Positions 23,978 through 38,243 of a DNA stretch of 64,000 nucleotides are shown piece after piece. The DNA lies in NCBI GenBank assembly GCA_008632985.1, contig QPGO01000117.1, positions 186,001 to 250,000 of the forward strand. Reading direction: 5' to 3'. The translations under genes were made by a program, and so were the position numbers. The DNA is from Psammoneis japonica (taxonomy: Eukaryota). Every line of letters begins with the position of its first letter. The stretch's first letter is position 1. Below the pieces are notes generated by a model. It saw nothing but the letters and a program-made list of their open reading frames with translations. It searched no databases and was not told the origin of the DNA.

Positions 23978-26900
23978 ATGGCGCTGTGGAGGACCGCGGT
24001 AGTTCTTTCATACCTTTATGCAGCAGTACAGGGAAAGTTTAGTGCTAAACAGGACGATAGTGTGCTCAACATTCATTTAGTCCCTCACACACATGACGAT
24101 GTTGGATGGCTCAAGACGGTGGAACAGTATTTTTACGGCCTCAACAGCACCGTCTCGCAAGCCTATGTCAGGTCCATTCTAGACACTGCTATTCAAGAAT
24201 TAACAAAAAATCCCAACCGCACCTTTACCTATGTTGAAATGAAGTTCTTTTCAATGTGGTGGGAATTACAACCGGACTCCATAAAAAAAAAGGTTCGAGA
24301 GTTGGTGAAGAACGGGCAGTTTTCCTTTGCCAATGGGGGGTGGTGCATGCACGACGAAGCCACTACGCATTACATGGGGATGATTGATCAAACAACATTG
24401 GGTCATTCGTTTTTGAAAAAGGAATTAGGCGTTGTTCCTACAGTGGGTTGGCAGTTGGATCCCTTTGGGCATTCTGCAACACAAGCGTCTGTGCTTTCGG
24501 GTCTTGTTGGATTTGATGCATTGTATTTTGGTCGAATCGACTACCAGGACCTGGAATTGAGGAAGAAGACACAGGAATGTGAAGGCTTGTGGTCTTCCTC
24601 GCCCAATTTGAAAGAAACGGTGTTTTGGGGTCTTACCGGCAGCTTTAATGGGAACTATGGTCCGCCAAAAGGTTTTAATTTTGATATCCATAGCTCGGAC
24701 ACGGCACTTGTAGGATTAGGCCATGACCCTCTGAAGCATCGAATCAAGGATTTCTTAAAACAAGTAAAAATACAAAGCGACCGAACCAAGGATAACAACG
24801 TTATGCTGACCATGGGGGAGGACTTTCACTACGAACGAGCTGACAAGAACTTCAACAACATGGACGCACTTATTGACGCGGTTCTGCAGTTCCAGGCATC
24901 TGGAGAGATTGACGTTGCCACCATGTTTGGACCGCGATTCAGCTCCATAAATATTTTTTACTCGAATCCTTCCTACTACACCAAGCAGAAATTTGAATGG
25001 ACGATTCGACAGCGAGCTCTTGGTAATCTGGATGATAACATAGCCGCTGTCAGTGCTGCGTCTCCTTGGTCCGTCAAACGTGACGACTTTTTCCCGTACG
25101 CTGATTGTCCGCATTGCTTTTGGACGGGATACTTCACGTCACGTGCTGGTTTAAAACGTTTGGAACGAATGGCTTCGTCGTTTCTCCAAGCTGCTCGACA
25201 AATCGAGGCCATGCCAGATAGCAATGACTGCGATTGTTGTCGTCCCCTTGCGGAACTCGAAGATGCGATTAGCGTGCTGCAGCATCACGATGGTGTATCT
25301 GGAACGTCGAAACAACATGTTGCCAATGATTATGCCAAGAGGGTGCAATCGGGAATCGACATTGCGTCGAACTATGTGGGAAGCAAGTTGAAGAGATTGC
25401 TTGGCTTGAACGATTCCATTAGTGAGCCAAAATTTTGTCAGTTGTTGAACGAAACAACGTGTGGCGACTTTGAGGTGCGTAGGTTTGCACATTTGTCTTG
25501 GTCTATCATCATCGTCATTTTCTTCTTCGTTCTCACTCAAAGCATCTTATTTCGCCACAACATTGCAGGTGGCAGAAGACGGCACACAACGGGATTTGAT
25601 TGTTGTAGTGTACAACAGCCTCGCGTCATATCGCTCGGAAACCATAGGTATTCCAGTGCCAGTACAAGGCACATACATCGTTTCTTACGCTGTGGAAACG
25701 GGCGCTGAAGACCCAAGGTATATTCAAGTCACAGCGTCGCTAATCCGTAAGGATGATTCAGACTCCTCTGAAAAGCATGTCTTGTTCTTCAACACCGGGC
25801 CGATTGATCCAGTCGGAGCCAAGGCATTCCGAATTCAGTATGTGGGCGGTGTTGAAGACAAGCACCAGTCAACGAACGCAGGCGGTATTCGCAACTCGCG
25901 TGTGACGGCAACAAAGAGACGTGGGGTCGATCATGACTCTCTCTCCTCCGACGGCGACACATTCAGCGCAACCAATGGCATTGTGACTGTATTTTTTGAG
26001 AGGTACGTTCGTTTGCATACATCGAAGACGTCTAAACAAAGTCTCACTTTTGATCATGTTGCTTCTAGATCCACTGGCGCTATTAGAAGCATCGGGTCTG
26101 CCGACGATGGTTATTACCTCAATGTTACCCAGGATTGGGGGTATTATACCGCCTTTGATCCGGCAAACGACAAAACAAATTCTACCGATACCCAGGTTTC
26201 TAGTGCCTACGTTTTTCGACCCTCTACCCCCAAGCAGAAAATGAAGGTGATAAGTCCCCGTCGGCAGGCGGTGGAAGTATACAAAACAAAGGCTGTGACT
26301 GAGGTTCATGTAAAATTTACGCAACCTTGGATTAAGCAAGTGACTAGGCTTCTCCAAGGGCAAGACTATGTCGAAGTCGAATACACAGTTGGACCCGTGC
26401 CAATCGATGACAATGTTGGAAAGGAAGTCTCGACACGCTATTCTACGCCCATTCGGAGCAACAAAATCTTTCACACAGATTCCAATGGAAGAGAGTTTTT
26501 GTTGCGGAAACGGAGTTATCGACCAACATGGGAGCTTGATGAGACTGAGTTTGTTGCAGGAAACTATTATCCTGTCAATGCAGCGACATATATCGAGGAC
26601 GAAGAAAGTTCCTTTTCTGTGGTGGTTGATCGGTCTCAGGGTGGGGCCTCCTTGATCGACGGCGCGATCGAGCTCATGGTGCAACGTCGTACCATTGCCG
26701 ATGACAACAAACATGCGTTGAGGGAACCCATGAACGAGACCGATGGAGGTATCACGCCTTGTCCACCGTACGGTAATGCGACTCGTATTGGACAAGGAGT
26801 GGTAATCAAAGGGAAGCACCGAATCATGATTGGCAAGGGACGGAGCGGTGCCGCGATGGCCCGAGCGCAAATGGACAAGGCGTTTGCCGAACCGATGGTG

Positions 26901-27368
26901 TTCATGTCAACTATACCTCCACAAGCATCTGAATTCTCCGGCTCGAGGTCCTTTTCGGCGTTGCAATCAGCTCTTCCGAAGAATGTCATGCTTGTCACGT
27001 TCTCCCGCCTTCATGATGAGCCACACACAACCTTCTTGGTGAGACTGGGCCATCAATATGGGAGTGACGAAGATGTAGAAATGTCCAAACCCGTTGAAGT
27101 TGATATGAGCGATTTGTTTGCAAACTACACTGTTGTGTCCATAAGGGAGAAAACGCTATCAGGCAATCGCGATTATGCTGAATGGAAGCAGAATCGGTTG
27201 GCTTGGGTGGCCGCACCTGATAATTCGAAGGATGATCAACATGGCTCAACAAGTAGTCGTAACGGTCTCACCATCCAGCTAAAGCCAATGGAGATTCGAA
27301 CCTATGAGGTGCGTGTAGACGAAAGAAGAAATAGTCGTACTGAGCATTTTGACGAAGTTGAAAACTAG
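23978..27368 (+). CDS. GH38 lysosomal-type alpha-mannosidase, copy 1 (exons 23978-25474, 25569-26002, 26069-27368)
   Basis: Signal peptide, HTHDDVGWLKT, WQLDPFGHS, QHHDGVSGT, AGNYYPVN; GT-AG introns of 94 and 66 bp. Confidence 0.93.
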
Positions 27369-27707
27369 AATACGATACAAGCTGGCGTTTTATTGAGGTT
27401 AGATATTAACTCCCTAGAAATGTCTGCGTCTGTAAGAGGCAGACGACCAAATGTTAATGACACTTGTGTTTCAACCTGTGAAATGTCGGAGTCGGACCTC
27501 AAAGTTGTCAAAGGTTAGATGCGAGTGGCGGTCCTATTCACTGGTCAATCACAGCTTCCTTTGACGAAGCTTCCGTCGCTATTTGGGGGGGCGTCTGCGG
27601 TGTCCGGTTTTTCACTTGTCACTTTTGCCCCTTTCTTGACGAGTCTTTGAATGCCCGACGATGTCAAACGAAGCACGTGAAGTGTTCTTGGTTGTCTCCG
27701 GTCTGGT

Positions 27708-28133
27708 TTAGACAGAATCCTGTTCCGTATCATCTGAAGATTGGTTTTGCTGTAGTCGTCTTGTAGAATCCGTAGCCGGTGGAACAGACGCTCCAACGAT
27801 ACACCGTCCGAGGGTGTAAATAACTGACCCATCTGGTTGTGCTTCTCGCCATTTCTGACAGGTCGGTCTCAAGTAGACAAACGCATTCAAAAATCCTTGG
27901 AGAGGGTAGAAACAATGAGCTAAGATGGATACGGCGAAGAGAATGGGGCCCTTCGCATTGAGCTCGCTGACAAGGATACCGCCAAAGTACCAAAGGAAGC
28001 AGTTGATGTAAATCGCACAGTACAAAATGGCCTGCATTGCAACCTGCCTCAGCAGCTTTTGGTTAGCATCTTGGACGGAAGCGTGGAACGCACATCTTCG
28101 ACTTTGGCCGATTTGTACTCTGAAAGATTTCTG
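27708..28133 (-). pseudogene. 5'-truncated 7TM receptor (cAMP-receptor/GPR157-like C-terminal helices)
   Basis: VAMQAILYCAIY...FYPLQGFLNAFVYLRP; the upstream part is replaced by the TA-free block at ~28134. Confidence 0.65.
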
Positions 28134-28191
28134 TGAGCATGTGGAATTGGGATCATTGCATTTTGCCACAGCTGCTCTGTCATCTCACCTC

Positions 28192-28437
28192 CATTGCAAC
28201 TGAACTCAGAATCACCACTTCACCTCCCTTTCCATTTGCCACTTCTGAATCCACACCTGCCATCTCCTGCAATGTCAAACCAAATGATCACACAGGGCAT
28301 TGTCAGTTTTGTTGCATTGCAGCCAAATTCAGAATCACCGCTTCACCCCCCTTTCCGTTTGCCACTTTCTCCATCCACAGCTGTCATCTCCTTCAATGTC
28401 AAACCAAGCAATCACAGGGCAATGTTGGTTTCATTGT
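28192..28437. repeat. ~123-bp tandem duplication near the left end of the block
   Basis: Units start at ~28192 and ~28315 (cattgca...cagaatcacc...caatgtcaaacca...cacagggca); several TG/CA swaps. Confidence 0.75.
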
Positions 28438-31400
28438 GTTGTGTCACTTTTGTGGGAGCTTGTGTTCTGCGTCACCTTGCTCCAGTTTGTCCTGTCCCAT
28501 TCACCCATGTTTGTTTCTGCTCCATCATTGTGCACTTCTCTGCATTGTCAGATTCCCTTTTGTGCAACTCCACCTTTTTGTGATTGTGGTTTGTTTCAAA
28601 TCTTCAACTGCAATCACCAGCCCTCCCCTTTTTGTGTCTTTTTCTCATTTGTGTCTCTGCAACAGTTGTGTTGAATTTGTCTTCATGTGCCAATGTTTCT
28701 TGCATTTGCACTCAGTTTTGAGTTGCTTTCCTTTTTGTTCATGGATGTGAGACATTCAGGCAGCCACAATTGCACTCTCTCATTTGTTTCATTTGTTGCA
28801 TGTGTTTTGTTCAATTTGCCCTGTCATGTGCTGCATTTTCACTTTTGCCCTTTGCATTGTTTCATTTGAATCTTGTTCAGCCATTTCCTGGGCACTGTTT
28901 GTGCACAGAATTCTCTGTGTTTTGTTCAACTGTCTGCACACACTCTCAAATGCTTGCACTGTTTGCGCTGTCATGCTCTTTCGAACACACCTCTGTTCAC
29001 TGCCAATCCTCACTCTGCAGCAAAACTCAGCTCCACAATGCACTGCACATGCTCTGTTGCATTGCTTCTCATCAACCATGGTGCCTCAAAGGGACAATGA
29101 TGCAGAAGCATGCAAGGCAGAACTTGGAGCCACTGAAAACAGCCTCCCAGGTTTGAGCACCACTCAAACAACCAAACAATTCATGGAGCTGTTGTTGACC
29201 CTTGGAATTCACAATCATTTGGCATCACATTTGTTTTAACTAAATTCCTCTCTTCATTGTGTGCTCTTTCCAAAACCATCCTGCACAAGTTCAGAGACAT
29301 CCACTCTCTCACCTTTGCAACCCAGTGAATTTCCCTTTTGGAAGATTGGCCAGAAGATTTGTTGTGATTTCTCATCTTGCACTCTAATTTGTTGTGGGAC
29401 CTTGCAAACCATTCTCCTTGTGTTTCCTTCTGTTTTCCTTTGCCTGTTTTTCTCCTCCATTGGAAATGGAGCAGCAGAGTGAGGGCAGAATGTCTCCCAC
29501 CTGGTGTGACCTCAGCATGTTTGTGGCCAAAGGCAGGTTCCTCTTGGTGCAACACTTCTCATCAACTTTGTCAATGGAAATTTCCAACTTGGATTCATTT
29601 GTGCCATTTCATGTGGGGTTCCACCATTTGACTGAGATGCTTCCTTTGCTGTTTCATTGTGCACAGCCAGACATGTGCCAATGTAAGAACAGACCTGTGC
29701 CACATGTTTGACCCATGGAAAAAGGTCAATGAACGTTTTTGCTGCATTGCCAACACCGGCTGCATTTTTGATTCACTGGCCTGTAAAACATGTGACACAC
29801 ATTCCATCATCAATGCTCCACAAGGTGAGCAACAAGTCCATGCCAGTGATTTCTGTCTGTGTCATGCACAAGCTTGCCATTGCACAAAACAACAATGCAC
29901 AATTGGGGTTGTCAGCTGCATCAGGAACTCCACCAAATTCCTCATGTGCATTTCCTGGGTCTCTGTGATTCTTTCTCACCAAACCATCAAAGTCAGTTGC
30001 TGATGCCGATGTCCACACCTTGTTCAAAAGATCCAGGCTGAGTTTGTCATTTTGTGAAACACCGAGTGCCTCCCACACTTCTGTCATCTCAAACCCCACC
30101 ACTCTCTGTGATGTTTCATCTTTGCCCTCCTGCCTTCTTGACCTTGTGCATGCTTGCAAACACTCAATGGTGAATTTGCCATTTTTGAAACAAAGCAAAC
30201 TTCCTCCTCCAACAAAGTTTCCACCACATGCTTGGAAAGCAAATGAGCAGATGGCCATTTCTTGCCTTCCTGCTTTGGTCCACAAAGAGCGTGCACAAAA
30301 GGACCAAACATCCACTCGTTGCCTTGGTGGGCCGCCTGAAGCTGTTGTGAACAGTGGCTGTGGTTTGGCACAGGGTGCATCTTTTTAGACATGGTGCAGA
30401 CAAACTTGGGCAATGCTTGCATTCCAACATCCTGCACATGCATGCCAGACATGGTCACATGTCCGGAATTGTCAGTCCATTGCTTTTCCCAACTTGTCAC
30501 CAGATGGACTGTGGAAAGATGGAAAATCAATCACCAATGGATTTGCACCAATTTGACCAATTGATGGCACTTGGGTGCTGTTGCTTTGTTTCAGTGGGCT
30601 GGTGTTTGCAAGTGGAAAAACAACATCAGACAGATTTTGACAATCAATGACTTCTGTCCCATCATTGCACATCAGAGATGAGTGTGTGTCCATTTCTCTC
30701 AGAAGCAATGCATCAGTGCTGACATGTGCATGGCTCAACTTTGGCAAAAGAGCATCAGCGCTGATTGACCACATTTTAAAATGCTTTGCAGTTGGCAGCA
30801 GCCATGAAACAACAGCACCAATGTTTTGCTGTCATCCGAAAGCACTCTTGTTGGTTGACAGCATTCTTGCTGTGGACACAGGCCTGTTTTCTCACTTGCC
30901 AATTGCATGGTTGCACATTCACAAAGTTTCAAAACATTTGGGAAACTGACAACAAATCAACAACCAATTGTTTGATTTTTTGCATCATGTTGGTGCAAAT
31001 GTCTTTGTGTTTGGAACACATTTTTTTTGTCATGCAATGACACAACCAATGCTGTGTGAGTGCAAACACAAAATGACGCCACCAGACCTTGTTCAAAAAT
31101 GGCCTTTCCAAACACATGTGATCATCACCTGTCAATGCAACACCAGTCGATGCAACACATTCTTGTGGCAGAATTGACCACAATGCTCACTTGCAAGTCA
31201 AGATGTGTGTCTGTGAATGCAGAGCTTCATGTGTGCCCATGCACTGCAGAGGGGTGCATTGCAAGCATGCACCATCATTCAAAAAACAAGCTGCACAAAG
31301 TCCAGCAGGAGGCAATGAAGGAACACATGGTGGTGACATCAGCTTGGAGCATTCTTGCGAGTTGCTTTTCAATCCCCATTTGTTGGGAAATTCTGTGTGT

Positions 31401-33699
31401 GATCTTGGTGGTGGTGTGGGAGGATTTGCAGTTGTGGCCAATTGCCTTTGCCTGTGGTGCACAGCCACAAACATGGAATTGGATCTAGAGCATCATGAAC
31501 TCACCAAAACACTTGTTGAGTTGGTCACAAAAAAGTTGAATGTGGTCCAACCTTGTTCCATGCATCATTTCTTGATGACGACAATTCTGTTCTGGATGTT
31601 CTCAAGCAAGAAAGCCCAAAATTGTTCTCAAACAATCACAGTGGAACAATGATTGACAAGCACAACACTCAGCAGTGTTTGGAGAAAAAGTTGACAGATG
31701 TTTGAGTGCAAGGAATTGTCCTGACAGCACTGGCATGGTCATGAGGGGACACTCACATTGCTGGAATTGCAAAGCCTTCAAGGCAAGTGCATGTGACAAT
31801 GATTTGACTTGGTGCAGTGACAGCATGTCCTCTCACAAGAGATTCACAAGTGCACCAAATTGTCAATGGCGGGTGACTCAGTGTCCAAACACATGCAAAG
31901 GCTAGAACCTGTGGCAATTGACTGCATTTTCTGCCCACAATGACATGCTCTGGTGTCATTTTTCAATGGACACATTGGTCTTTGCAAAGCAAACTGCACC
32001 TTGTGCAATTTTCTTGTTGGTGGTTTTTAACTGATTTGAGTGGGTTTTCCGTTCCTGCAATTGAAAATGTTGCACAGCAGAACAAAATGCATCATTTCAC
32101 ATTTGAAGGACAGCACAGACTGAACAACAATGTCAACTGTTGCATTCTGCAGCAAGAAAACAGCATCAAAAATCAATGAAATTTTTGAGTGGATGGTTGA
32201 TTCTCTTGCAATTAAAGAGAGATTGCATGGCAGAACAAAATGAGTCACACAGATTCAACCACATTGTTGAGCTGTTGCATTCTGCAACAGGCAAACAGCA
32301 TCAAAAATCAATGATCAGTGTGCAAGTAAAAAAAAATTACACAAATTCAAGTGTTTCTGACAAAAATGTTAAAAACAATCAGATGTTGGAAAATCAGTGA
32401 GACAAACTCATCACCAAGCGATTCTTGTCTGTCTTCATCATGCAGGTTGTTGGGTCAAGAACCTTCAGACTCTGCAATTGCATCCCCATTGCTTTGGTGC
32501 TCAATGTTTGCATTGACTTTGCAGTGCATCCCCTCACCCAACCATGATGTTTGATCATTTGTCAATCGCGTCTGAAGAATGCCCGGACAGAAACTGGTGG
32601 GAGACCATTTTGATGGAAGCTGCAGACAAAGCATCAACTGGGATGTGCATCATCTCCAATTGTTTTGTTGAAAGGAAACCATCTTTGGCTGCCACAAAGT
32701 TGGTGATCCAACATTGCTGCAAATGTTGCCAGAAGAACAAACATGCTTCTTCTGTCAGTGGAGCCACCCTGTGCATTTTGTGAAAACAGTGTTGGGTTGT
32801 TGCCAAGCCCATCTGAAGCTGAGATGCTTGGAAAGAAAAATGGCACATGTGTGGGTGGGTTTGTTTTGGGACATGTTAACACATGGCATTGTGTCACCTT
32901 TGGTGATGAATCCTTTCTGCAAGGAGCAAAAAAAAGCCACAAAAGAAACCTGCACAGTGAAAAAATGTGGAAGGACACTTTTTGGTTGTTGCTCATGAGT
33001 CTGTCAGGTCATTTTGACTTGCCTGAAAGATGCAAAATGTGTGGTGGACTGCATGATCCACTGAGCAGCATTGAGTTGATGTTGGCCAGATCCAAGTGTG
33101 GATTTTTTGTGAGCAAGTTGATGACAAGGCAGCAGTTCTTTGAAAAGTGGCAGCAAAGCTGAAGATCTTGCAATGACTCAAGCAAAGAAAGACATGCTTT
33201 GTGTGGACTTGTGTCCATTTGCAATGGAACATGTGCTTTGTTCTCCCAGCAAAGACATGACATCATTGTCCCAGAATGAGGAAACCATTCAAATGCTTGG
33301 AACTTTCTGGGACCTTTGCAGCCAGGAAATCATGTCATGCCATGTTCCAGCAGAAGTTGTCATTGTGGGATTCATGCCAAAGGATCTTTTGGGGGAGCTC
33401 CATTTGAGAGTGGCCATGCAGAATGGACTTTGCCACTCCTGGTGCTGCATTGTGTCTGACCATGAAATTAAGAAGCTTTGGTGGTCTGAAGCACATGCTG
33501 AACTTGCTGAAAACACTCCAGGACAAGGCTGCAGATGGAATGGATCAACCACCAGTTGGAAAAGAACATTGGTTGCATGGTTGCTCAGTCCAAAGCAGCA
33601 CAGACACAATTCTGTTGATGAGCACTCCATGGCCACAATGCAGTGGGAAAAGTGTGGTGGCACCAATCAACTTAGAATCACTGGACATTGTGTTTGAGA

Positions 33700-36400
33700 A
33701 CAACAGAAACAGAGAGAAAGAGAAAAATGATCTGCCAAATAAAAAGGACCAGCCACTCATTAAAAGTCAATTGTGCACCCATGCATCCTCTAGATCAAAA
33801 CATTCCATCACATCCAGACCAATTTTCATCCACTTGACACTGGGCAGAACAACCAAAATGTGTGCAGCTGCATCTTCATTGTCAGTGAATTTGTCAGTCA
33901 CTCTCTCCATTGGTGGAAGGATGCAAGCAACAGACTGAACCATGCCAACAGGCATCACATGCACTGCTTTTTTGATGGTGTCCCCCTTGAAAAAGGGTGA
34001 GTCAGGCTTCGGATCTGCACTGGACATTGACTGGATGGCACACTCTGAAACACTGGAGCTGGTGCACAGGTTCTTAACTGTTGCCCAAAGCAGTGCTCTG
34101 GCCACATGATTGCAAACACATTGCCCGGTTGACCAGTGGATCATTGCCCAGTCATGCCACTGACTTCTCTCCCATGGGTGGGAGCAGGAATTGGGATGAC
34201 ATCGCATGATGGCTCTGTCATGAGATGACGATGACTCCATGTTGTCACCCATGAGAGAATCACTGCCAACAGAGTTTCTTGCATCTGTCTTTGGAGTGTC
34301 ACACACCCAAAGTGGAAATCAACATGGTTGGCTTGGAATCCTGCATGTTCTGATGCCCATTGACTCCCATGAGAGCCATCGACAAATGGGCAGGAGGGTG
34401 CACCTGGCTGCTTCCCATTGAGCAAAGTTTCTCAGTGTGAGGAAGACCAACTTGTCTGGCAGAGGAGTTGAGAGGTGCATCTCTTGCCAAACAATGCATG
34501 ACAGAGCTGTGGGGTTGACACCCAGTTGCAAGATCCTTTGGCTCCCCCTTGTTGTTTTTCTCCTTGGAGGAGGGGGTTGATGTGGAAGGACTGTTGTCCG
34601 CTTTGAGATGACCAATGCCCACAAGATGGTCATGGGAGGCTTGACAAACATGACCCTCATGTTGGTGTGTCATGAGGTCAAGAATGAGACAATCCTGTCC
34701 ATGACTGGTTTTTTGAATGATTGTTTGACCATGCTCTTTAAAAAGGACTCACAGAAACCACCAAAGAAATTGCTGGTGGTGCCGTGCCATTTGATGCACC
34801 AAACCATGTGCTTCAAATCATGAGTTTTGAGCATTTGGAGACCAGATTGAGACACAGCCTCTTAACATGGTCCAACCACAGCAAAACAAATGCAAAGGAA
34901 CTTGACTGTGCACTTGTCCTCTGACCATTGCAGGAAAGTGGTGCAATGCAACACATTGTTGCTGAGTGCAGCATCCAACGCTAGTGACACAAATGTCAAC
35001 AAGGCAAAATTTCTTTCCACTGCAAACAAATCAGGACTGTTGATGGGGAAAGCATGCCTTTCATGGCTGCCAAGGTGATGAGGCACAAACTGGGGTGCTC
35101 TTGACTGGACAAACAAGTTTGGTCAGTGACTCCATTCTTGAATGGTGCTCTTGGCATCTCACGGTCACTTTGACATTTGAGTGCTCTTGCAGCCACTTGG
35201 AATCTTTTTCAAACTCAGATTTGTCAAACAACTCAGGGAGGCTGTTGAAATCAACACTGGGTTTGTTGGCACAGTCTCCTTCATCCAGTGAAAATGAACC
35301 ATCAGTTGTTTCTTTTTCACTGGATTTTTCCATTGCATTTGATGAAAGTTGGCTGATGCCTTCTTCTGATGCCCATGCAACAGCGACACCAGTTCATCAA
35401 CTGGGGGGTGGCAAGCAACAAAAGTTAAAAAGGATCCACAACAAGTGCTCCACAATTCCAAGGCAGAACAAATGCAGCATTTCTCATGGCAGCATGCCAA
35501 ATGTGCCTTGTGCATTGCCACCTTGAGGAATTTCCCAAAAAGAAGGTCAGACAAGGTGCAGGAGACATGCCTGGCAGATTCTTCAGTGGCTGTCACTTTG
35601 CCATGTTCTTGTTGTTCCACAACCTTGACTGCATCCTCCACTGTCTCTGAAATCTCAGCTTGTCAGACAAAATTACAATCACAGGTGGGGTCATCCCCAA
35701 ACCTTTGGGGAATGTCACAATCCATCCAGGAGATGTTGGAGGAATGAGAGTTGTGGTGGCATTGCATGTCATTGTGGCCTTTGGTGTCACCTGTTGTCAT
35801 GCACAAACAAAGGTGCAAATGGACAAACACTGCAGTCATCACCAAGATCAACGGGGTTTCCCCCTTTCAGCAATGCAAGGGCTTTGGCTTCTTCAAAAAT
35901 GAAACGCAGACAATCATGGCAGAGCTGGATGCAGCTCTCCTGGGATTTGACTGTGTTTCTGTCCTCTGACCTTTCATTGGAAGATTTGGGTGAGTTGGGA
36001 TCATGCCAAGGATGAACCAACTCTTGGCAAGATGACACAAGTGATTGTTGATGTTTGACATTGCCAAAGGAGCTGAGAACAGGCTGGACAACTGGTCCTC
36101 TGATTTGGTGCACAAAGTGGAGTCATCAAAGGCAACAATGGGCATGACAAAGTGAAGTCTGGGAAGATGGTTTGCACCAAGTTCTTCCAAATCTTGTTGA
36201 AGGTGCAGCTCAGTTTCTTTCCACCAATCACCACTTTTCAGTGGTCCAAACATGCAATCATTGAGATCTTCTTTGCTGTGCTTGTCCTGGTGCATCCACA
36301 TGACATCTTTTTGAAACTGTGGCTCTTGGAGGAGATGATGTGTGTTGTGAAGAAGTGAAAAATGGTGGACACACGTGGGAGGAAATTTGGGTCCCAAGAC
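33700..36400 (-). pseudogene. Plavaka-type transposase relic
   Basis: SGDWWKETE...MPIVAFDDSTLC, QPVLSSFGNV, WFILGMIP, GDTKGHNDMQCH...DCDIP, CQSDREMPRAPFKNGVTD, HMVWCIKWHGTTSNFFGGFCES occur in the expected order across frames. Confidence 0.65.
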
Positions 36401-38219
36401 AAGGGTGTCATGGAGAGGAGGTGGACCGGCACAAGGGAGATGCTTCTTCTTATTTGCCTTGTGGCAGTGGCGTGTGATGGCACCTCAGAAAAATCACACT
36501 GAGAAAGACAGGAATTGTGGCAGAAGGACATGACATCTTGGCAAAGGTGCACTTGAAGATGGCTCTTCCTCATCATGACAACAAGATCCTCTTCAACTGG
36601 ATGAATCTTCTCAGTTGCTGCATCAATTGCAGGAGAAACACTGTTTTGGAAGATGGATGAGGAAAAATCAGTCACACCAGGGTTGGTGAAGGCAAAAGAA
36701 CCATCTGAGGACAAGCTGGATCTGTCATCTTTGTCATCAATGCCTGGAGGAAACAAGGGCGGTGCTTCAAAGTTTTCTTGCATGAGCCCAACCTGACAAA
36801 ACCAATGAAGCAAGGATTCATCAGAGGCTGCAGCAGATTGAGTGGGGAGACTTTGTTCATCAGAAGAGCAATTGACACAACATCTTGGCTGCAAGGATGG
36901 CAAAAAAAAATCAGGAGGAGCAACAATCTGCAGGCCTTCATCACCATCATGAGCTGCTGTGTCATCAACAAGAATGGACAACACATCAGTGGAATCAAAG
37001 AAGGAGGATTCCATGGGAAAGTCAAAGGATTCAGCATCACAGGAGATGCCAGTTTAAGCATCAACCAACAAAGAGGTGGTGCCAGCTGAAGAAATGTTGT
37101 CAGCAGAGAGGCTGTCCATTGTGATGGAATCATCTGGCTGGTGGTGGGGTGGGTTCACGGCAAGGTGGGGAGGAGTCCTCTCCACAGGGAAACAAGATGT
37201 CATTGTCAGAGTCTGCAAGATTGCAAGAAGGACTCTTGATCAAATGTCATTGAGGGAGCTCCTGGAAGCAAATGCAGCAGACAAGCATTTGGCATTGGGG
37301 CACTTGTGATCCGCTGTTGCCAACCAAAGAAAAGGGCAAGGGAAAGCAATGCAACACACAAAGGAAGAAATGACAGTGGACAAGAACAAGAAAAACGGCC
37401 AACAACTGGGTGGCAGAACAGGAGAGAGGTGCAAAGCAGATGGGGATGGATGGAGAAGGAAGGAAAACAAAGAAGTGAGGGAAAAAACAATGCCAGCAGG
37501 GGAACAATCAACAAACAGTTGTGCAATCCCTGTCACAGTCCAAAATGCATGTGTCAAAATGTTCACATTGTTTTGCACATGGTGCAACAAATCTGTCTGG
37601 ATCAAACAAACACTGCAATGACAAAATGACAAATTGGTTTGTCAATCAAGTTCCAGTTTGCAAGAATTCAATTGAGTGTTGAAAAGGGGTTGCACTGCAA
37701 AGGGAAAATGTTTTGCAGATGATGGGCAGAGACCCCTCCTTTGGTGCTGGAGCAATGGGGTGCAGCAGCTGCAATGTGCTGAGCCAAGGAAAAGGAGCAA
37801 ACACAGTTGGCTGAGCCTTCCAGCACATTGTTGGCAACAGCTGCCATCATCACATCATCCAGCGCAAAGGCCACAGAGCTGAGGTCAGTTGAACTCTGTT
37901 CTTCCACCAGTGGGGGGGGGAGTGGTGTCATCATGTGGGGTTTGCTGCAGCTGGCGAGATCGCCTGCCAGGCCAAAGTTGTCATGCCCCATCCCATGGCT
38001 GTGGGGTGGACCCACCACTGTGTGATGCTTGCTGCAGCTGCGCTGCTCCAACTCCCAGCACATCAGAGCCACGCAGCAGCACGACAGGCAAAGCATTGTC
38101 ATCAGGCAGTGAGCCATGTGCTGGCAGCTGCTGTGGTGACAGACGCAGCCATTTCTCCCAATGTGGTTGACCTGCACTGGGTTGGCAGCCATGTAAAGCC
38201 CCTCATCACCTCTCTCACT

Positions 38220-38243
38220 TGTGTGTGTGTGTGTGTGTGTGTG
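38220..38243. repeat. (TG)12 microsatellite
   Basis: Direct reading. Confidence 0.95.

Noticed and set aside
9829..32320. CRISPR-like arrays among the short duplications (9.8 kb, 28.2 kb, ~32.0-32.3 kb)
   Set aside because: Only two diverged units each, no spacers, eukaryotic context.
38220..38243. (TG)12 as a converted (TA)n tract
   Set aside because: Two-strand conversion should give mixed TG/CA; an ordinary microsatellite is simpler.
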